From the human T2T-CHM13v2.0 reference genome, Homo sapiens: 64,000 nucleotides of DNA. Location of the stretch: assembly GCF_009914755.1 (NCBI RefSeq), contig NC_060936.1; one strand, given 5' to 3'. Shown in pieces: positions 1-13,169 of the stretch (positions within the stretch are counted from its first letter, which is position 1; every line of letters starts with the position of its first letter). The position numbers and the translations under genes were made by a program. Under the pieces are notes generated by a model, which saw only the letters and a list, made by a program, of their open reading frames with translations, did not search any database and was not told where the DNA came from.

Positions 1-1789
1 GCCTTTTATGGTTATGTTTTGATGGAGATGAAAATAGAAATCTATGAATTCCTGTCAAAAGTAGTAAAGTGAGTGAAGAAAAATTACTTATTTTATAGAT
101 ATTTGTCTTGATTTGTCTAAAACTTGGCAAACTACAGCAATTCTCATAGGGCTCAATCATATTGTAGCTATTTTTTGATACAATATTTTATTTTTATTGC
201 TTATATGAAAAGTTAAAAAGAACATATACAAATATTAAAAAGTAGTAATTTTCACCAGTATTTGTATTCTGAGTTCTATTCCATCTATATGTGAATGTTG
301 GATTCCTTTGCTTACTTTTTTTAACAATCTTATAATTGTGCCTGTTTCATAAAGTTAAAATTCATGAAGCCCAGTTAAGATAGTAAGGCTTTTTGAAAGC
401 AAGTTTGTGGAACATTCATTCCTGAATGTAAATGCTGCTATCATATATTATTTTAAATGGCATGATGCTATTATTTGTATTTCAATATTTAAGTACAATG
501 AATTATTTCAATATTTTCCCATTATTGTGACTTATTGATTTTTTTAAAAATCAGACATATTGTAAAAAATAAATATCAGCTTCTTAGAAGAAAAGCCAAG
601 TAATTGAATCTCCAGCTTTATTTCTAATTATCTGCAATCTGCTTTCTGTGCAAGGACCTTTTATTTGAGACTTCTATTTGCTCTTTGATATTTTCTTGGA
701 TTTTATTTGATTTTCTATGTTTTAACTGTAATTTAAGTTCTCTCTGGGAGGGCAGTTTATAATTAAAATTATTCCTAATTGTGTGTTTTTATTTCACTGC
801 TGCTTAATGAGAGATTATGAGACAATTTGGTGCATGCAGGGAGAGCTTAGATCGTAGAATAGTTGCCATTTGGGGAAAGATTTCTCTATTTTTAACCTGT
901 GTAATGCAGACCAAAGCTCAAATGAACACAATATATTTACATGGACTAGGAATATGGCTGTGAACCAAGGAAAAAAATGACTGTCAGCCTTTGCCTGGAT
1001 TTCTCGTTGGCATTCAGATTTATAAATAAACTTGGAAAATTGGAGATTGTTATGCGACTTCAGTGCATGATCCTATCCATGTGCTCTGGCCAGTCAAATG
1101 CAACTAGAAGTTCTGCTGGCCCCACGGTTCTTTGACCCAGTTGGCCTTTAGGACTGTTACATACACTCTACAAAACTTGTTGTTAATTTCACTTTATTTC
1201 CTCCTCTTCAGCCCCATCCCTCATTAGCCTCATTTCTTCCTACAAGATTATCAGTAAAAGGAGAATCCCATCAGCATGAATGATATCAAGGCTTCCATAT
1301 TCAATGATTTGCCTATAAAATCCTTGTTTGTACCTGCAATGTATTCATTATACCCCTGATTTTAATTTAGTCTAATCAACACAAGAAAATTTCTGAGAGA
1401 GAGTGAGAGAGAGAAAGGACACGTTGAAAATACAGTATAGCTGTGATCATCAGAGTGCACCACTCCCCAGAGAATCCTATAGATGTAGCTCGTAGGAACT
1501 TTTGTCAAGGACAAAACATAGGAGTTACATTGTTAACTTTTCTTGTCATTAATTTTAACTCTTTCCTTAGGTTATACCATGGTTGTTAATAAAGTTTTGG
1601 AGATTGTGAGTGGACCCACCTGGCAACTATGGGCAATGTAAGTTTTCCCACAGTTACTGCGACTGCCACAGTTTTCAGGGTTTCTGTGTAGCCAAAGCCC
1701 GTACACATGACCCAGGATTTTGGTTGGGATACATGCAAGAAAGGGGAAAAGGAAGGATGTGATCCTTTGCTGGGTGTTTTCATATTAGT

Positions 1790-2095
1790 GGCTCAAAAAA
1801 ATTATACAAGGGGATAGAGGCAAGGGCAGGATGTCACTGACCTTAGAGAAGGGACCTGAAAAGCTGGCATGACACAAAATCATTTTCAGTTGTATCGTGA
1901 AGGCCAAGGGGAAATGGGACAAGGAAAGAAAGTCTAAGGATATCTCACATGGAAGGAAGAGCAAGGTGCACATGCATAGAGATGAAAAATATGTCCCCAC
2001 TTTCTGAGAAAGGCAAGAAGTTGGTGCAGCACTGTAAGGACAGCAGTTGGAGGAGGGTAGGGGAAGAGCCCCACAAGAGACTGAGAAGCAGGCTT
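1790..2095. mobile_element. Old L2 LINE fragment
   Basis: Purine-rich degenerate sequence (ggaaggaagagcaaggtgcacatgcatagagatg...) resembling L2; boundaries approximate. Confidence 0.4.
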
Positions 2096-2114
2096 GAGTT
2101 ATCTGCATTCCATA

Positions 2115-2336
2115 GGTGGAGTTAGCACACTGTCTACATAAAGGAACAGAGAGTAAATTCTTTACACTTTTCAGGACAGTATGTGCCACAACTATTGAGC
2201 TCTTCCATTGTCTAGCAGAAGCAGCCATAGACAATTTGTAAGCAAACGTCCGTGGGTATGATCTAAAATAACTTCATTTACAAAAAGACACATGATACCA
2301 TGGTTGGACCCATCGACTGCAGATTGCTGATTCTGT
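2115..2336 (+). mobile_element. MER58A-like hAT-Charlie DNA transposon (MITE)
   Basis: Contains 'aagcagccatagacaat' and 'aaaataacttcatttacaaaaa', matching the recalled MER58A consensus, over ~220 bp. Confidence 0.75.
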
Positions 2337-3008
2337 CCATGGATGGAGAAATTATAAGATCAGTGAAATTATCATATGACTTGTAGGTAGTAGAGCCCAA
2401 ATCAGGCTAAACTATTCTGTTTTGTTCTGTTTTATTCTAGTGTTCTTTCTTCCTCTCTGAAATCTGAAATTACGCCACATTTCCTTGTGGATGGGGCAGA
2501 GCATTGAACACTGGGTGGTGTGGTGGTGGTTCTGTGTCCCACAAACAAAGACAACGACCAGGCTATGTCATGTTGAACTCTGTGTGGCTTCGGTAAAAGA
2601 GACTTGCTGTCCATGGAAGAAACCTGAAGTTATTGTAAATCTTATTTGAATCAGCCAGGTTTCTCAGTTGTAAGCAAGGGAAAGAACCTCTGGTTATTTT
2701 ACAGAGAATGGAGATGCACTAATGTGATACTGGGTAGGCTCATGTAATCACAGGAGGATAGTAAGGAAAGGCTTAGAGGATACCCAAGGAAGGAAAATGC
2801 CCCAAGTGATGCTAAAGTATTAGTCCCGTCAGGGGACCAGGAAGGCAAGTGCTGGGGGAAGACCATTAACAGAAGGCTGTGAGCACTGCAGCTGAAACCA
2901 CTCCCACTGATACCCTGGGAAAAATGGTGTAAACACTGCAGATGCACCATCCTTCCAGAAATTATGCCCCTCTACATTACAGTTCCCCAGAGAAATAGAA
3001 CCAATAGG

Positions 3009-3328
3009 AGATAGATAGATAGGCAGATAGATGGATGGATGGATGGATGAATGGACAGATGGACAGATGGGCGGACTGACAGATAGACAGCCAGTTAGAT
3101 AAATAGATGGATAGGTGGATAAATAGATTCATACATACATTACATAGATACATAGATACATGGGTGGATGGATGGATAGATGGATGGATGAATGGATGGA
3201 TGGATGAATGGGTGGATGAATAGATTAGATAGAAATAGATACATAAATACATTGATACATAGATACATGGATGGGTGGATGGATGGGTAAATGGATAGAC
3301 TAAATAGAGATAGATAGATAGATAGATA
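3009..3328. repeat. Compound (GATA)n/(GGAT)n microsatellite inside MLT2
   Basis: Degenerate tetranucleotide runs seen directly. Confidence 0.95.
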
Positions 3329-3780
3329 AGAGGGGATTTTGGGGGGAGAACTAGGTACAATTAGGATGTTGAGAAATCTCACAATATGCTGTCTGCAAGC
3401 TGGAGAACCAGGAAAGCTGCCAGCATGGCTCAGTCCACATCTGAAGGCCTCAGAACTAGGGGGAGAAAATGGTGTAGCTCTCAGTCTGAGGTCAAGGCCT
3501 GAGAACCCAAAGGCCACTGGCGCAAGCCTTGGAGTCTGAAGTCTGGAAAATGTGAAATTTTGATCTCTCAGGCCAGGAGAGGGTGGGCGTCTCAGCTCCA
3601 GGAGAGAGAGGGAGAAAGAGAGAGGTAGGGATAACTAATTCCTCTTTCCTCTTTTTGTTCTAATCTGGTCCTCAGCCGATTGGATGGTGCTGCCCACAAT
3701 GGGTGAAGTGGATCTTCCTTACTTAGCTCACTTACTCAAATGCCAATGTCTTCCAGAAATAACCTCACAGGCATACCCAC

Positions 3781-4138
3781 TGATAGGGTTTGGCTGTGTC
3801 CCCACCCAAATCTCACCTTGAATTGTAATAATCCCCACATTTCAAGGGCAGGGACAGGTAGAGATAATTGAATCATGGGGGCAGTTTCCCCCATACTGTT
3901 CTTGTAGTAGTGAATAAGTCTCACAAGATCTGATGGTTTCATAAATGGGAGTCCCCTTGGACAAGCTCTCTCCTGTCTGCCACCATGTAAGACATGGCTT
4001 TGCTCTTCCTTCATCTTCCATCACGATTGTGAAGCCTCCCCAGCCATGTGAAACTATGAGACCATTAAACATCTTTTCTTTATAAATTACCCAGTCTCGA
4101 ATATGTCTTTATTAGCAACATGAGACTGGACTAATACA
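3781..4138 (+). mobile_element. THE1 (ERVL-MaLR) solo LTR nested in MLT2
   Basis: Starts TGATAGGGTTTGGCTGTGTCCCCACCCAAATCTC and ends CTAATACA; 358 bp; flanked by cccac/cccag (5-bp TSD, 1 mismatch). Confidence 0.92.
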
Positions 4139-5739
4139 CCCAGAAATAATGCTTTATGAGCTATCTGGATATCCCTTAATACAGTCAAGTTGACACCTAA
4201 AATTTACCATCACGTCTTCATAAGACTTTGCTGCATTTACATGTCCTGAAACAAAAGCCAGCTCAGGTTCTTCTCTTGGCGAGGCTGGGCTCTTACACCC
4301 TAGCTGCATGGGAGTTGGAGAAGGCCCTGGCAATTTCATATTATGGAGTGGGTGGTAATCTTTGCTTCCTACAAAGAATCTTCAGTTGGGGAATTCCCCA
4401 AACAGAAAAAAAAAACAAACAGAGGAGCAAATAAAAATAGGTATACTTGTTCACTAGGGCTGTTATAAGAAAGTTATTTAAGTTTGGAAATGAAGGGCCC
4501 AAGGAGTTTGGAGATTGCCTAAAATGTATTAGAAAAATGTGCAGAAGGCACAGACTTGAGCATTGTTGCAGTAGTGAGCCAATCTGCATTGCAACATCAC
4601 AGGCTGAGATGTAGTTTTTTTATTTAACAATATTTTTGTATTTAAGAATTTGAAAGTTTGGGTTTTTTTCTTCATATTCTTCTCCTCTCTGATAAGCACA
4701 GGTGGCATCTCTTAAGAGACTTTTAGGATGCCTCCTAAGACTTAGAGTACACGAGGTTGTCATTGACAGTGTGTATAAAATTGCGTCTGTCTTACCTTCT
4801 TCTAGGCAGGAAAACAATGACACAGCTGATGTTTTCTCTAGGAAAGTCACTTGAACCATCCCTCTTAGTTACATAAACATTTATTTTCTTAAAATTTTCA
4901 TATGACAAATATCTGAGTAGCCACACTCATTCATGCCTTCATTTCCTCAAAAGATTGAACTCTATCCAGTAAACGGAGATAGAAAAGGGCAGAGAAATTC
5001 CTCTTCTCATACAGTTATTTCAGTGGCATACAAAATTATGGTATTCAGAGTATGCCAAAAAGGGTATTCAGTGGCCTACCCTTTTTGGCATACAAAATTG
5101 ACTCTGGAAGGTAGAAATCTTAATTTTCATAGAGAATCCAGGATCTCTCAGTAGGGTGGAAGTGGATGCTGCATTTCCTCTAACTTCAGTTGCATATCTA
5201 TGAAATAAAATTGCTTTGTGGGAAGAAGTCAGTGACCTGGCTCAGTTAAAGGTGGTAAGAGTTCATTTCAAAGAGTTGGCTTCAAAAAAACATGCAGCTG
5301 ATTGCAGGATTCTTCATGGAACAGAGGTGGTGATTCGAAGAAAATGGCTAAAGATGTATATGACTCTGAAAGGACAATAATTTGGCACCCAACTGTGCCT
5401 GAGCACAGGGATCTAGGCAGTCCTGAACAACGCAGCCCATGGATCTGCACAGAATGACTCTTCAACAGTGCCACCGTGAGGCCATGTGAAGCAATACCCC
5501 TGTTGTCCGTGAGATTTATTTATTTATTTTCTCCTTGCTGTTTAAAAGAGACTGGATTCCTTTTGAACTATAGATTGAAACCAATGGATCTTGAACCATT
5601 TTTCATGAGATAAAAATGAGACAGAAATTCCATAATTCTTACTAATAGAGCTTTTATTTATTAGTCAATTACTTGGAGGTGGTCCTGGTGATATATGCCA
5701 GTTCACGTCTCTCCTCTTTATGGAAAGGGTCTTATCACT

Positions 5740-6200
5740 GCTTCTTCCATAATAACAGTCCCCCAGTTTTATTCACAAACCAACCAAACAGACCTGTGCC
5801 CTTGAGAGGAGATGACTGAGAAGCTGAAAAGGTGAGTCATGCCTGTTCTAGCCAGTTTTGGCCCTTGTACCTGTGCTTGGTCTTGGAATGAGCCTTTCAG
5901 CCAGTTTGCACCTATGAGTCCGATGGGAGGTTCGCTGGGGCTTCTAGGAAAGGTGGATTCTTCATAACAGAACATTGTCAGAAATGTTTCCTTTTCTGCC
6001 TGCTCTGTCTCATCCTGCTTCAGATGAATATCATGTAAGGCCATGATACCTGAACCTGAAAGTTTAGAGGACTGGCTCACGGTGATGCCATGACCTGATA
6101 TTACAGCACTGATAAATGACCTTAGCACTGCCCATCTCCACAGTTATTAATTTAAATTATTATTATTTGGGATTTCTGTCATTTTAGCACAAAATATTCC
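5740..6200 (+). mobile_element. Old MLT1-type MaLR LTR (J/K-like), degenerate
   Basis: Motifs such as 'gctggggcttctaggaaa' and 'gaccttagcactgcccatctcc' resemble old MLT1; weak match. Confidence 0.4.
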
Positions 6201-7224
6201 CCAAAGTGCAATTTTTCTTCATTACTAAAATAAAAATACTACACATTTTAACATAATTATTTTATATAAAAACTTTAAAATATATATTTAAGAAAAGCTT
6301 ACCCAGTTATACCTTTAGATTGCATTGTGCACTTTTACTTGATAAGTATTGTCTTAAATGCAATTAAAGGATGGATTTTGAAATAAATGGTTTAACATCT
6401 GCCTCTTAATAGCAAATTTCACACGTAGGCAGGAACCAAGTCTCTCAGATACACCCCCTAATACATAATGGAGGGTCCGACAAAATAGTTGATACTCAAA
6501 ATTATTTGTCAATTAAAAGCTGGATGCAACAAAGAAATGCCATTTCACACTTCTATTAAAGATTGAGCATTATTACCAAATTCCAGTGCAGTCACATGTA
6601 AGCTCAAAGGCAAGGGCACCTTCCCAGTGGACAAGAAGAAAAGGTAATTTTTGGAATCGAAATGCTTTCTCCAAACTTTTGATGCATAAGAAATAAATAC
6701 TCAGTTCAGGCTAGGTAATCACTCATGTTTCATTGATTATGTGTCTTCAGAGTAAAGAAAAAAAAATAAGTGTAAACAGCCTCTAAAGGAGAAACTTATC
6801 CAGGAGCTATTGATTTGCCTTAAGTGTCCTGGGGGCAGGGCTGATCCCTAAGCCAAGCAGCTCCATGCAGGATGCCCTCTCCTCTAAAGGCAGCAACCCC
6901 CTGTCACAAATTACATTGTTAAAATTTTCCAGTGAAGTCTTACAAAGGTTTTGTACTGAGTGGGCTAGTATTTTTTCAATCATAGATTAAGTCTTTTTAG
7001 TGTCCTGAAACACATTTGTTCTTCCAAGACTATCATTTGTCCAAAGATAGGTGGTGCAAGGTGATTTGGATGAGTTGAAACCCTCAATCTTGAATTTCAT
7101 AGGGAGAGTTATAACTACTTGATTACAGGCTGAGGTTTCTTTGCCTTCAATTCCTCAAAGAGAGGACCCCACAAGCTCCACTCAGTGCAGAGAGGATCTC
7201 TTTTGGGAAGGAGAAGGCAAAATA

Positions 7225-7430
7225 GCACGTATTTAACACTGCCTGGGTTATGAACTTAGCTATACTCACTTAATATATGGATAGATATTCAATTTTCCCA
7301 CTTTCCAAAATGACAAAAAAATAAAAACTTATAAGAGTTATATCACTTATCTACATTCGCCTGTATAGTAAGTGCTAGGTGGGATTGGTATTTGAACTCA
7401 CGACAATTTAAATCCATGCCCCTTCCATGA
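7225..7430. mobile_element. MIR SINE fragment
   Basis: 'agtaagtgctaggtgggattggtatttgaactca' resembles the MIR core. Confidence 0.45.
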
Positions 7431-8299
7431 AGAATGCCAATTACACTTCAGTTCATGTGTCAGGTCCCAAAAGAATGATTTCATTGCCCAGAGATGTGCT
7501 GAGATTTTTCTAAATATGCATCTAGGGTTAGAAGGAAAAGTGACAATATTGACTAGGAACATCTGCTGCAGGTCAGGAAGACTGAGTGGTTATGGTGTAA
7601 TAAGAGCTACTTAATTGCTCTTCCTGTACTAAACCATAGTTGGTTCCCAAATGAACCAAATTTATCCATATCTGTTCTATTATTCTAGATTTAGTAACTT
7701 TTAAAATGTTCATTAATTTCAATAGATATCTTTTACTTTATCACACAGTGGGGGAAAAAAGGTGATAACATTTTTCTTCCATAGAATGCTCTCATTCTTT
7801 TCTGGAATTAAATATGTACCTCATATCAGGGAAATCAAAGCATCTCATTGACATAACCACAGTACTTTAGGAATAGTTACTGACCTAATGAGTAAATGAG
7901 AGATAAGACTTTTTGGGGCTATTGTGTAGAGGAAAAACATATTTTTAATAGGACTTGAACCTGAGAGGATACAGCCCTCCCAGATCCCATCTCAATTCCA
8001 TGTGGAGCCTGACAATGAAGTTAACATGGATAAGGGAAGACTTAGGAGATGGAGACCAAATCCTGGTATCCTTGTGTGAGCCCCAATCCCAGCCTTACCG
8101 GAATTCATTTCTTCCAATAAAGAGTTACATCAACAAATTATCTTGTGTACCTAAGCTGTTTGGAATTATATTTTCTATGTCACTCAAATATTTAGACAAC
8201 CTGAAGAATTTGCATCCACAGGAGCTTTCTTGTACTCAGGATAGTGGCCACTTTGAGTATCTTTAATAGATGGAATCAGCATGTCTTTAACCATTTTCA

Positions 8300-8720
8300 C
8301 ACCTTCATTCACTCACCAAACATTTACCTAGTAAGTACCATGGAGCAGGGACTACCCAAATCACTAGGAGCATAGAGCTAATTCGACAGGAACCATGCCT
8401 CTAGGTCTTAGAATGCCAATGGATGGAGCAAATGTGCATAGAAACAACTTCAGTTCAAGACTTTATGGGACTGATTGTTGTTACATTTTAAAAATGGGGG
8501 GTTTCTCTGATCTGAGCTAATCAAATAAACATCAGACACGGAATTCAGGCTTTGAAGGATGGATAGAAATTTGGAAGAAAGAAATGATGGGTAAAATGGA
8601 GCATGCAAAGGGAATAATGACAGGAAATGTAGATGATAAACCACAGGTCAAATCCAAGACATGGTAGGTGTTCCAGATTCAGTAGCACTGGAGTGGTGCC
8701 CTTGAGTGGTAAGGTGAGAC
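8300..8720 (-). mobile_element. L2 LINE 3' fragment
   Basis: Begins 'ttcattcactcaccaaacatttacctag', the typical reverse-complemented L2 3' end. Confidence 0.55.
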
Positions 8721-8874
8721 ACTCCCTTGAAGAGAGAAAAATAAGTAGCATAAATTTTGAGAGAATAATCCATCTGGGGTTTGAATAGTAAAGGAAGGGG
8801 GTCAGGGGACCCAGTGATAGTCTAAAGTATAAGGAGCAAGGAGACTGGAAGAGACGAGAACAGTTAAGGTGAAA

Positions 8875-9222
8875 TCAGTTAATTCTTGACTGGATCCTGG
8901 ATCCATTAAAAGCTGCTACACCAAACAATTAGGGGACTATTGGAGAAATTTAAATGTGGACCAGGTGAAATGAATAATTTGCTAATTTTGTTAAACATCA
9001 AAATAGTGTTAGCTGATACAGGAGATTCCTTATTTTTTGGAGATGTGTGATAAGGTATTTAGAGTAGAAGTATCATGCTGTTTGTAATTTTTCTTGAAAT
9101 GGTTCCAAAATAAATAAAGGAAATATGGCAAAGTCTGAATCTTCATTGAATTTGGGCAGTGCATGCAGTTTTGTTATAGTTTCCTTTAAATTTCTCTGTA
9201 TGTTTGAAAGTGTTTTTTAAAA
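8875..9222 (+). mobile_element. Old L1 (L1MC/L1ME-like) 3' end
   Basis: 'cttgactggatcctgga', 'ggggactattggagaaatttaaat' and 'ctgtatgtttgaaa' are typical of old L1M 3' UTRs. Confidence 0.6.
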
Positions 9223-11209
9223 ATCAGAGAAGTTAATAAAAGGGCAACTGCAACTCATATATTGGATACTGGGAGTAGACAGACAAAGGGAGCTCTCCTA
9301 AGAGATGAAACATGCTCGGAAAGTCCATTTTCTTTCCTACACGAGCTTCTCTGGAACATTTGCCTTGGCAGCAACAATTTTCTTCCCGATAGTCATTGTT
9401 TTTTCTTTATGGCTAAATTGCTTTTGTCCAGACAGTAATTTGCCCAGCCCCAGAGACTGAGTCATGGTTGGTCTGCTGCAGCCCTGACTTCCCATTCCTC
9501 TTTGCCAAATGCTTTTCCTGCCTCCCTTAGAACCAAAGGTGAACAGTGATGCAATACTGGCTTATGAGGCCTAAGGGGATCTTCTGGAACCACGATGCTC
9601 AGAGTGCTTTTTAAGGACCAGGAGCTTCAATGCCACCTCTGAGGTTGGGGGAAAAACACAGCATTGATCCCCACCACAGACCTACTAAATGTCTAAAGAA
9701 TACAATAAACAGGAGTAGACATGATTGTTTTATCACTCAGTTTGTCAACAGATTTGATGTTGCTTGGTCCTGTCACTGACCTGTGTAGCTAATAAAGAAT
9801 CAGCCCATGTCTGTGCACAAGAAACACGTCGAATGTGCTATATTGAGGCTCTCTTACTATAGAAAAAATGCTGGTGTCATAGGAAATTTGGTCATGCAAC
9901 ACATGATTCCTAAGCATTTGAATTGACTACAATCTGTGACAATTTTGTGACATCCTGTCCACTCATTCGTGACATTTAAAGTGATTCAAAAAGTACTTAA
10001 TACGAATTCAAATATATATATTAATATACATTAAAATATGTATTTGTATATTAAAGTATATATTTAAATATACATGTATACTTAATATATATTTAATATA
10101 TATATTTAAATTATTAAGCACTTACATATGTATTGCATTCCTTTAATGAGAGACACCTTGAAATGTTTCAAAGCAAGGTTTTGGAATCTCTGCTTTAAGG
10201 TGCTTCTCCTTAAAAGGCACAAGGTTGGATCTTAGCTGAAGTTGAAGACTCTCAGAGGTTGTCGTTTCCTGTATCTACCACGCAGGAACTACCCCACAGG
10301 AGCTCTGTGTCTGAATTCTAGGCCCTTCTTAGCATTTCCTATCTATTGGGACTGAGTTTACTTTCCTTCAGACCTCAGGCTGCTCACCTGCCATGAGGAT
10401 GTTGTATTTATATGATCAGGCAGACTGGTGGCTACCCAGAAACAAAAACTCAACCATCATTGTGCCTAGGATGCCTCCTGAAATCTCTTCCAGCAGCAAT
10501 CAAGACTAGGAAAAACCATCTGTATGTGGAAGGCACACAACTCCATCCACAAATTCAGATAATCAAGACATATAATTTTATCTTGCTTTATTCTGCAATT
10601 CTACTTAAGCTCTATTTTTAACCTCCTCTCATCTCTCAGGAATGTTGACCTTACTCAATTTATGAGGGCTTGAGCAAGATTAACTTCCCTGTGGTGGGGG
10701 TTACAGTAATGCACACCCTAGAGTTGATGCAATGGGTGAATGAGTCAATACAAAGCATTTGCAAGAGTGCCTAGTACTTGTGATTGCCATTGTCATAATG
10801 ATTTAGGGTTGCCACTGCGTCTCTCCAAAGTTGTATCTCTGTTCAAATGACTTAGACAGTATCATGGCCTACATGGTATCTTTGGACTATGCAGCCCTCT
10901 GCAGAGACATCCTTTATCCTATCTTGTACTAGGTAACTGGGTCACACAGGTTGCTGCTGTATCAACTCTTGTTCCCTTCTGAGAGGCTCCTCATGCCCAG
11001 AAATTATCCTTCTTCATCTTAGTACCTCCCAAGGCTACAAGAGTTTGTTTGGTGCTATGCTGGTCTATAGGAATTTTTATTATTGTATTCTTTAGAGTAT
11101 GAATCACTCTTATTCCAGATACCTTCTGTTGCCGGTCATGGGGTCATGGAAAAACTGAAAATGTTTTACAGCTCACAGTACTTTTTCTAAAACAAAGACA
11201 GTGACCCTC

Positions 11210-11740
11210 GAGTTGTGTGCCAGATATTCTCCACTGGCAACACTTCAATACTCTTCACCATTTTCCCTCCCACTCTGTACCCTTGAGGGCTAACAATATG
11301 GTTTGGCACCATTAATTAGATTCTTTGCCCTCCAACATCCGGTTAGATTGGAAAGTGAGAGTTAATTGCAAGAAATCAGAGAATGAGAGGAGAGGAAATC
11401 CAGGTCTTTGGTTCCCTGAATCCACTCCGGTGAGAATGGCCCCAATGCCCTTCAATCAAAGACATGCCAGGACACACTTGTAGCTTAGCAAAGTTGGGTT
11501 AATTGCCTTGTGGCAACAAGAGAGGATGAGCACCATGGGAACCATTACGTGTCTCAAGAAGGGTGTATTAGAAACAAGTTGTTCTAGGATTTGGGCCTTC
11601 TTCTTTCAGATGATTTTTGGGTAGGTTCTGTGAAGTGAGGCTTTGAATAAAATACTTTCTGAAAGCAAAGTGGTTTGACATCGCCTAACCACTTTTGTGT
11701 AAAGTCAGAGTATCTGCTAAGCAGCCCTCATCAGGTTTCT
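11210..11740 (+). mobile_element. LTR33-like ERV-L LTR interrupted at 11422-11668 by a duplicated segment
   Basis: 'ctttgccctccaacatccggttagattgg...aatcagagaatgagaggagagg...caggtctttggttcc' resembles LTR33; similar sequence ('taagcagccctc') resumes after the insert. Confidence 0.5.
11422..11668 (+). repeat. 247-bp dispersed direct duplicate of 13410-13656
   Basis: Ungapped manual alignment, about 19 mismatches (~92% identity), offset 1988 bp. Confidence 0.95.
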
Positions 11741-11786
11741 TTAACATATAGGTAGCTGGGTTACCTTTTTTTTTTATTAGTAGTAA

Positions 11787-12079
11787 TTTTTTTTTTTTTT
11801 TGATACAGACTTCCACTCGGTCTCCTAGGCTGGAGTGCAGTGACATGATCTTGGCTCACTGCAACCTCTGCCTCCTGAGTTCAAGCAATTCTCCTGTCTC
11901 TGCCTCCTGAGTAGCTGGGATTACAGGCACATGCCACTATGCCTGGCTAATTTTTGTATTTTTAGTAGAGATGGGGTTTTGACATGTTGGCCAGGCTTGT
12001 CACTCCAAGCCTCAAGTTATCCACCTGCCTCAGCTTCGCGTGGTGCTTGGATTATAGGCATAAACCACTGCACACAGCC
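11787..12079 (-). mobile_element. Alu (old S/J type)
   Basis: Poly-T followed by 'ggctggagtgcagtg...ctaatttttgtatttttagtagag...attataggca'. Confidence 0.95.
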
Positions 12080-12674
12080 AAAATAACCTATTTTATAATG
12101 TTTCAGCCTGCCCTCAGTCCAGAGAGTGGAAAGATGGAGAAATCTTCAATATTCTTGAACATATAACCAAGTCCACTTTATCTCCACCTAGAACCCAATC
12201 ATTCATTGCAGGGAAGTTTCCTGATTTTTCTCTGCATGTCCTTGATTTCCTTTAGTGAAGGGAGACACCATTAAAGTTCATTATGTTTGTCAATGTAGTA
12301 TTTTATGAATGCAGCCCTTGAAATGTGACCAGATCCAAACCAATCAGATTTGCCACTGTGCTGCCTTTCACAGCAGGGAAAGCTTTATGTTGGACAGAAT
12401 TTTGTTTTCTTCTTTCCTGTCCTCTTTGAAAGTGCCTATTGCCCTGAATGAATGGTAAGTGGTAAATACTTCTGCCTCTCAGCTTTTTATTCTTATTTCC
12501 TTATAATTTTTATGGAAGAATTAGTGAGAAGCAGAAAAAACAAGAAAGTATCTTTCAATAAAAGTTTACTTCTCACTGAGGAGATGGCTGATTAGATTTT
12601 ATCTTCAATAAAGCCTGGTGAACTTAATTTGGCAGGTGTCTTACCTCTACACATGTTGTGTTATCCAAATAAAG

Positions 12675-12840
12675 CTTTCTAAACCTGACTGGTAAAAAAT
12701 AATGACCTGATGATGTTGGTAAATGTAAAGATGCCAGGCTTCTCACTGGGAGAGTCATATAAGTCCAGGGTGGTACCCAGGAATAAGTACTTTTAATAAG
12801 TGCCCAATGTGACTCAGAAAACCAGGTAGGTTTGAGCAAT
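12675..12840. mobile_element. MER5-like DNA transposon fragment
   Basis: 'ttctaaacctgactg...gtaaatgtaaagatgccagg...cccaggaataagtacttttaataagtgccc'. Confidence 0.5.
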
Positions 12841-12860
12841 TTGGGTAAAAGCAAATTTTT

Positions 12861-13143
12861 GGCTAGGCATGATGGCTCATGCCTGCAATCCCAGCACTTT
12901 GGGAGGAACGCTTGAGCCCAGGAGTTGGAGACCATCCTGGACAACACGGGGAGACTCTGTCTCTATAAAAAATACAAAAATTAGCCGGGTGTGATGGTGC
13001 ATTCCTGTGGTCCTAGCTAGGCGGAAGGCTGAAGTGGGAGGTAGGCATGAACCCTGGGAGGTCAGGGTGCAGTGACCCTTAATTGTACCACTGTGCTCTA
13101 TTTAGCTTGGGTGATGGAGAAGACCCTGGGGAAAAAAAAAAAA
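12861..13143 (+). mobile_element. AluJ
   Basis: 'gcttgagcccaggagtt' (J-type left arm), short internal deletion after gggagg, A-tail, degenerate TSD aaaagcaaatttt/aaaggcaaacttt. Confidence 0.93.
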
Positions 13144-13169
13144 GGCAAACTTTCTGGTTAAAAAGAATG

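Larger units (their letters stand above)
2973..4214 (-). mobile_element. MLT2-family (ERV-L) solo LTR, interrupted by a microsatellite and a THE1 LTR
   Basis: 'gttccccagagaaatagaaccaatagga' at the left end, 'ctgcaagctggagaaccaggaaagc' internally, and 'cagtcaagttgacacctaaaatttaccatcac' at the right end (reverse complement of the MLT2 5' TGTGATGG start). Confidence 0.85.

Noticed and set aside
1571-2592. Possible exons after acceptor-like sites at 1570 and 2440
   Set aside because: The associated donors are weak (AAT|GTAAGT, TCG|GTAAAA) and no coherent reading frame is evident.
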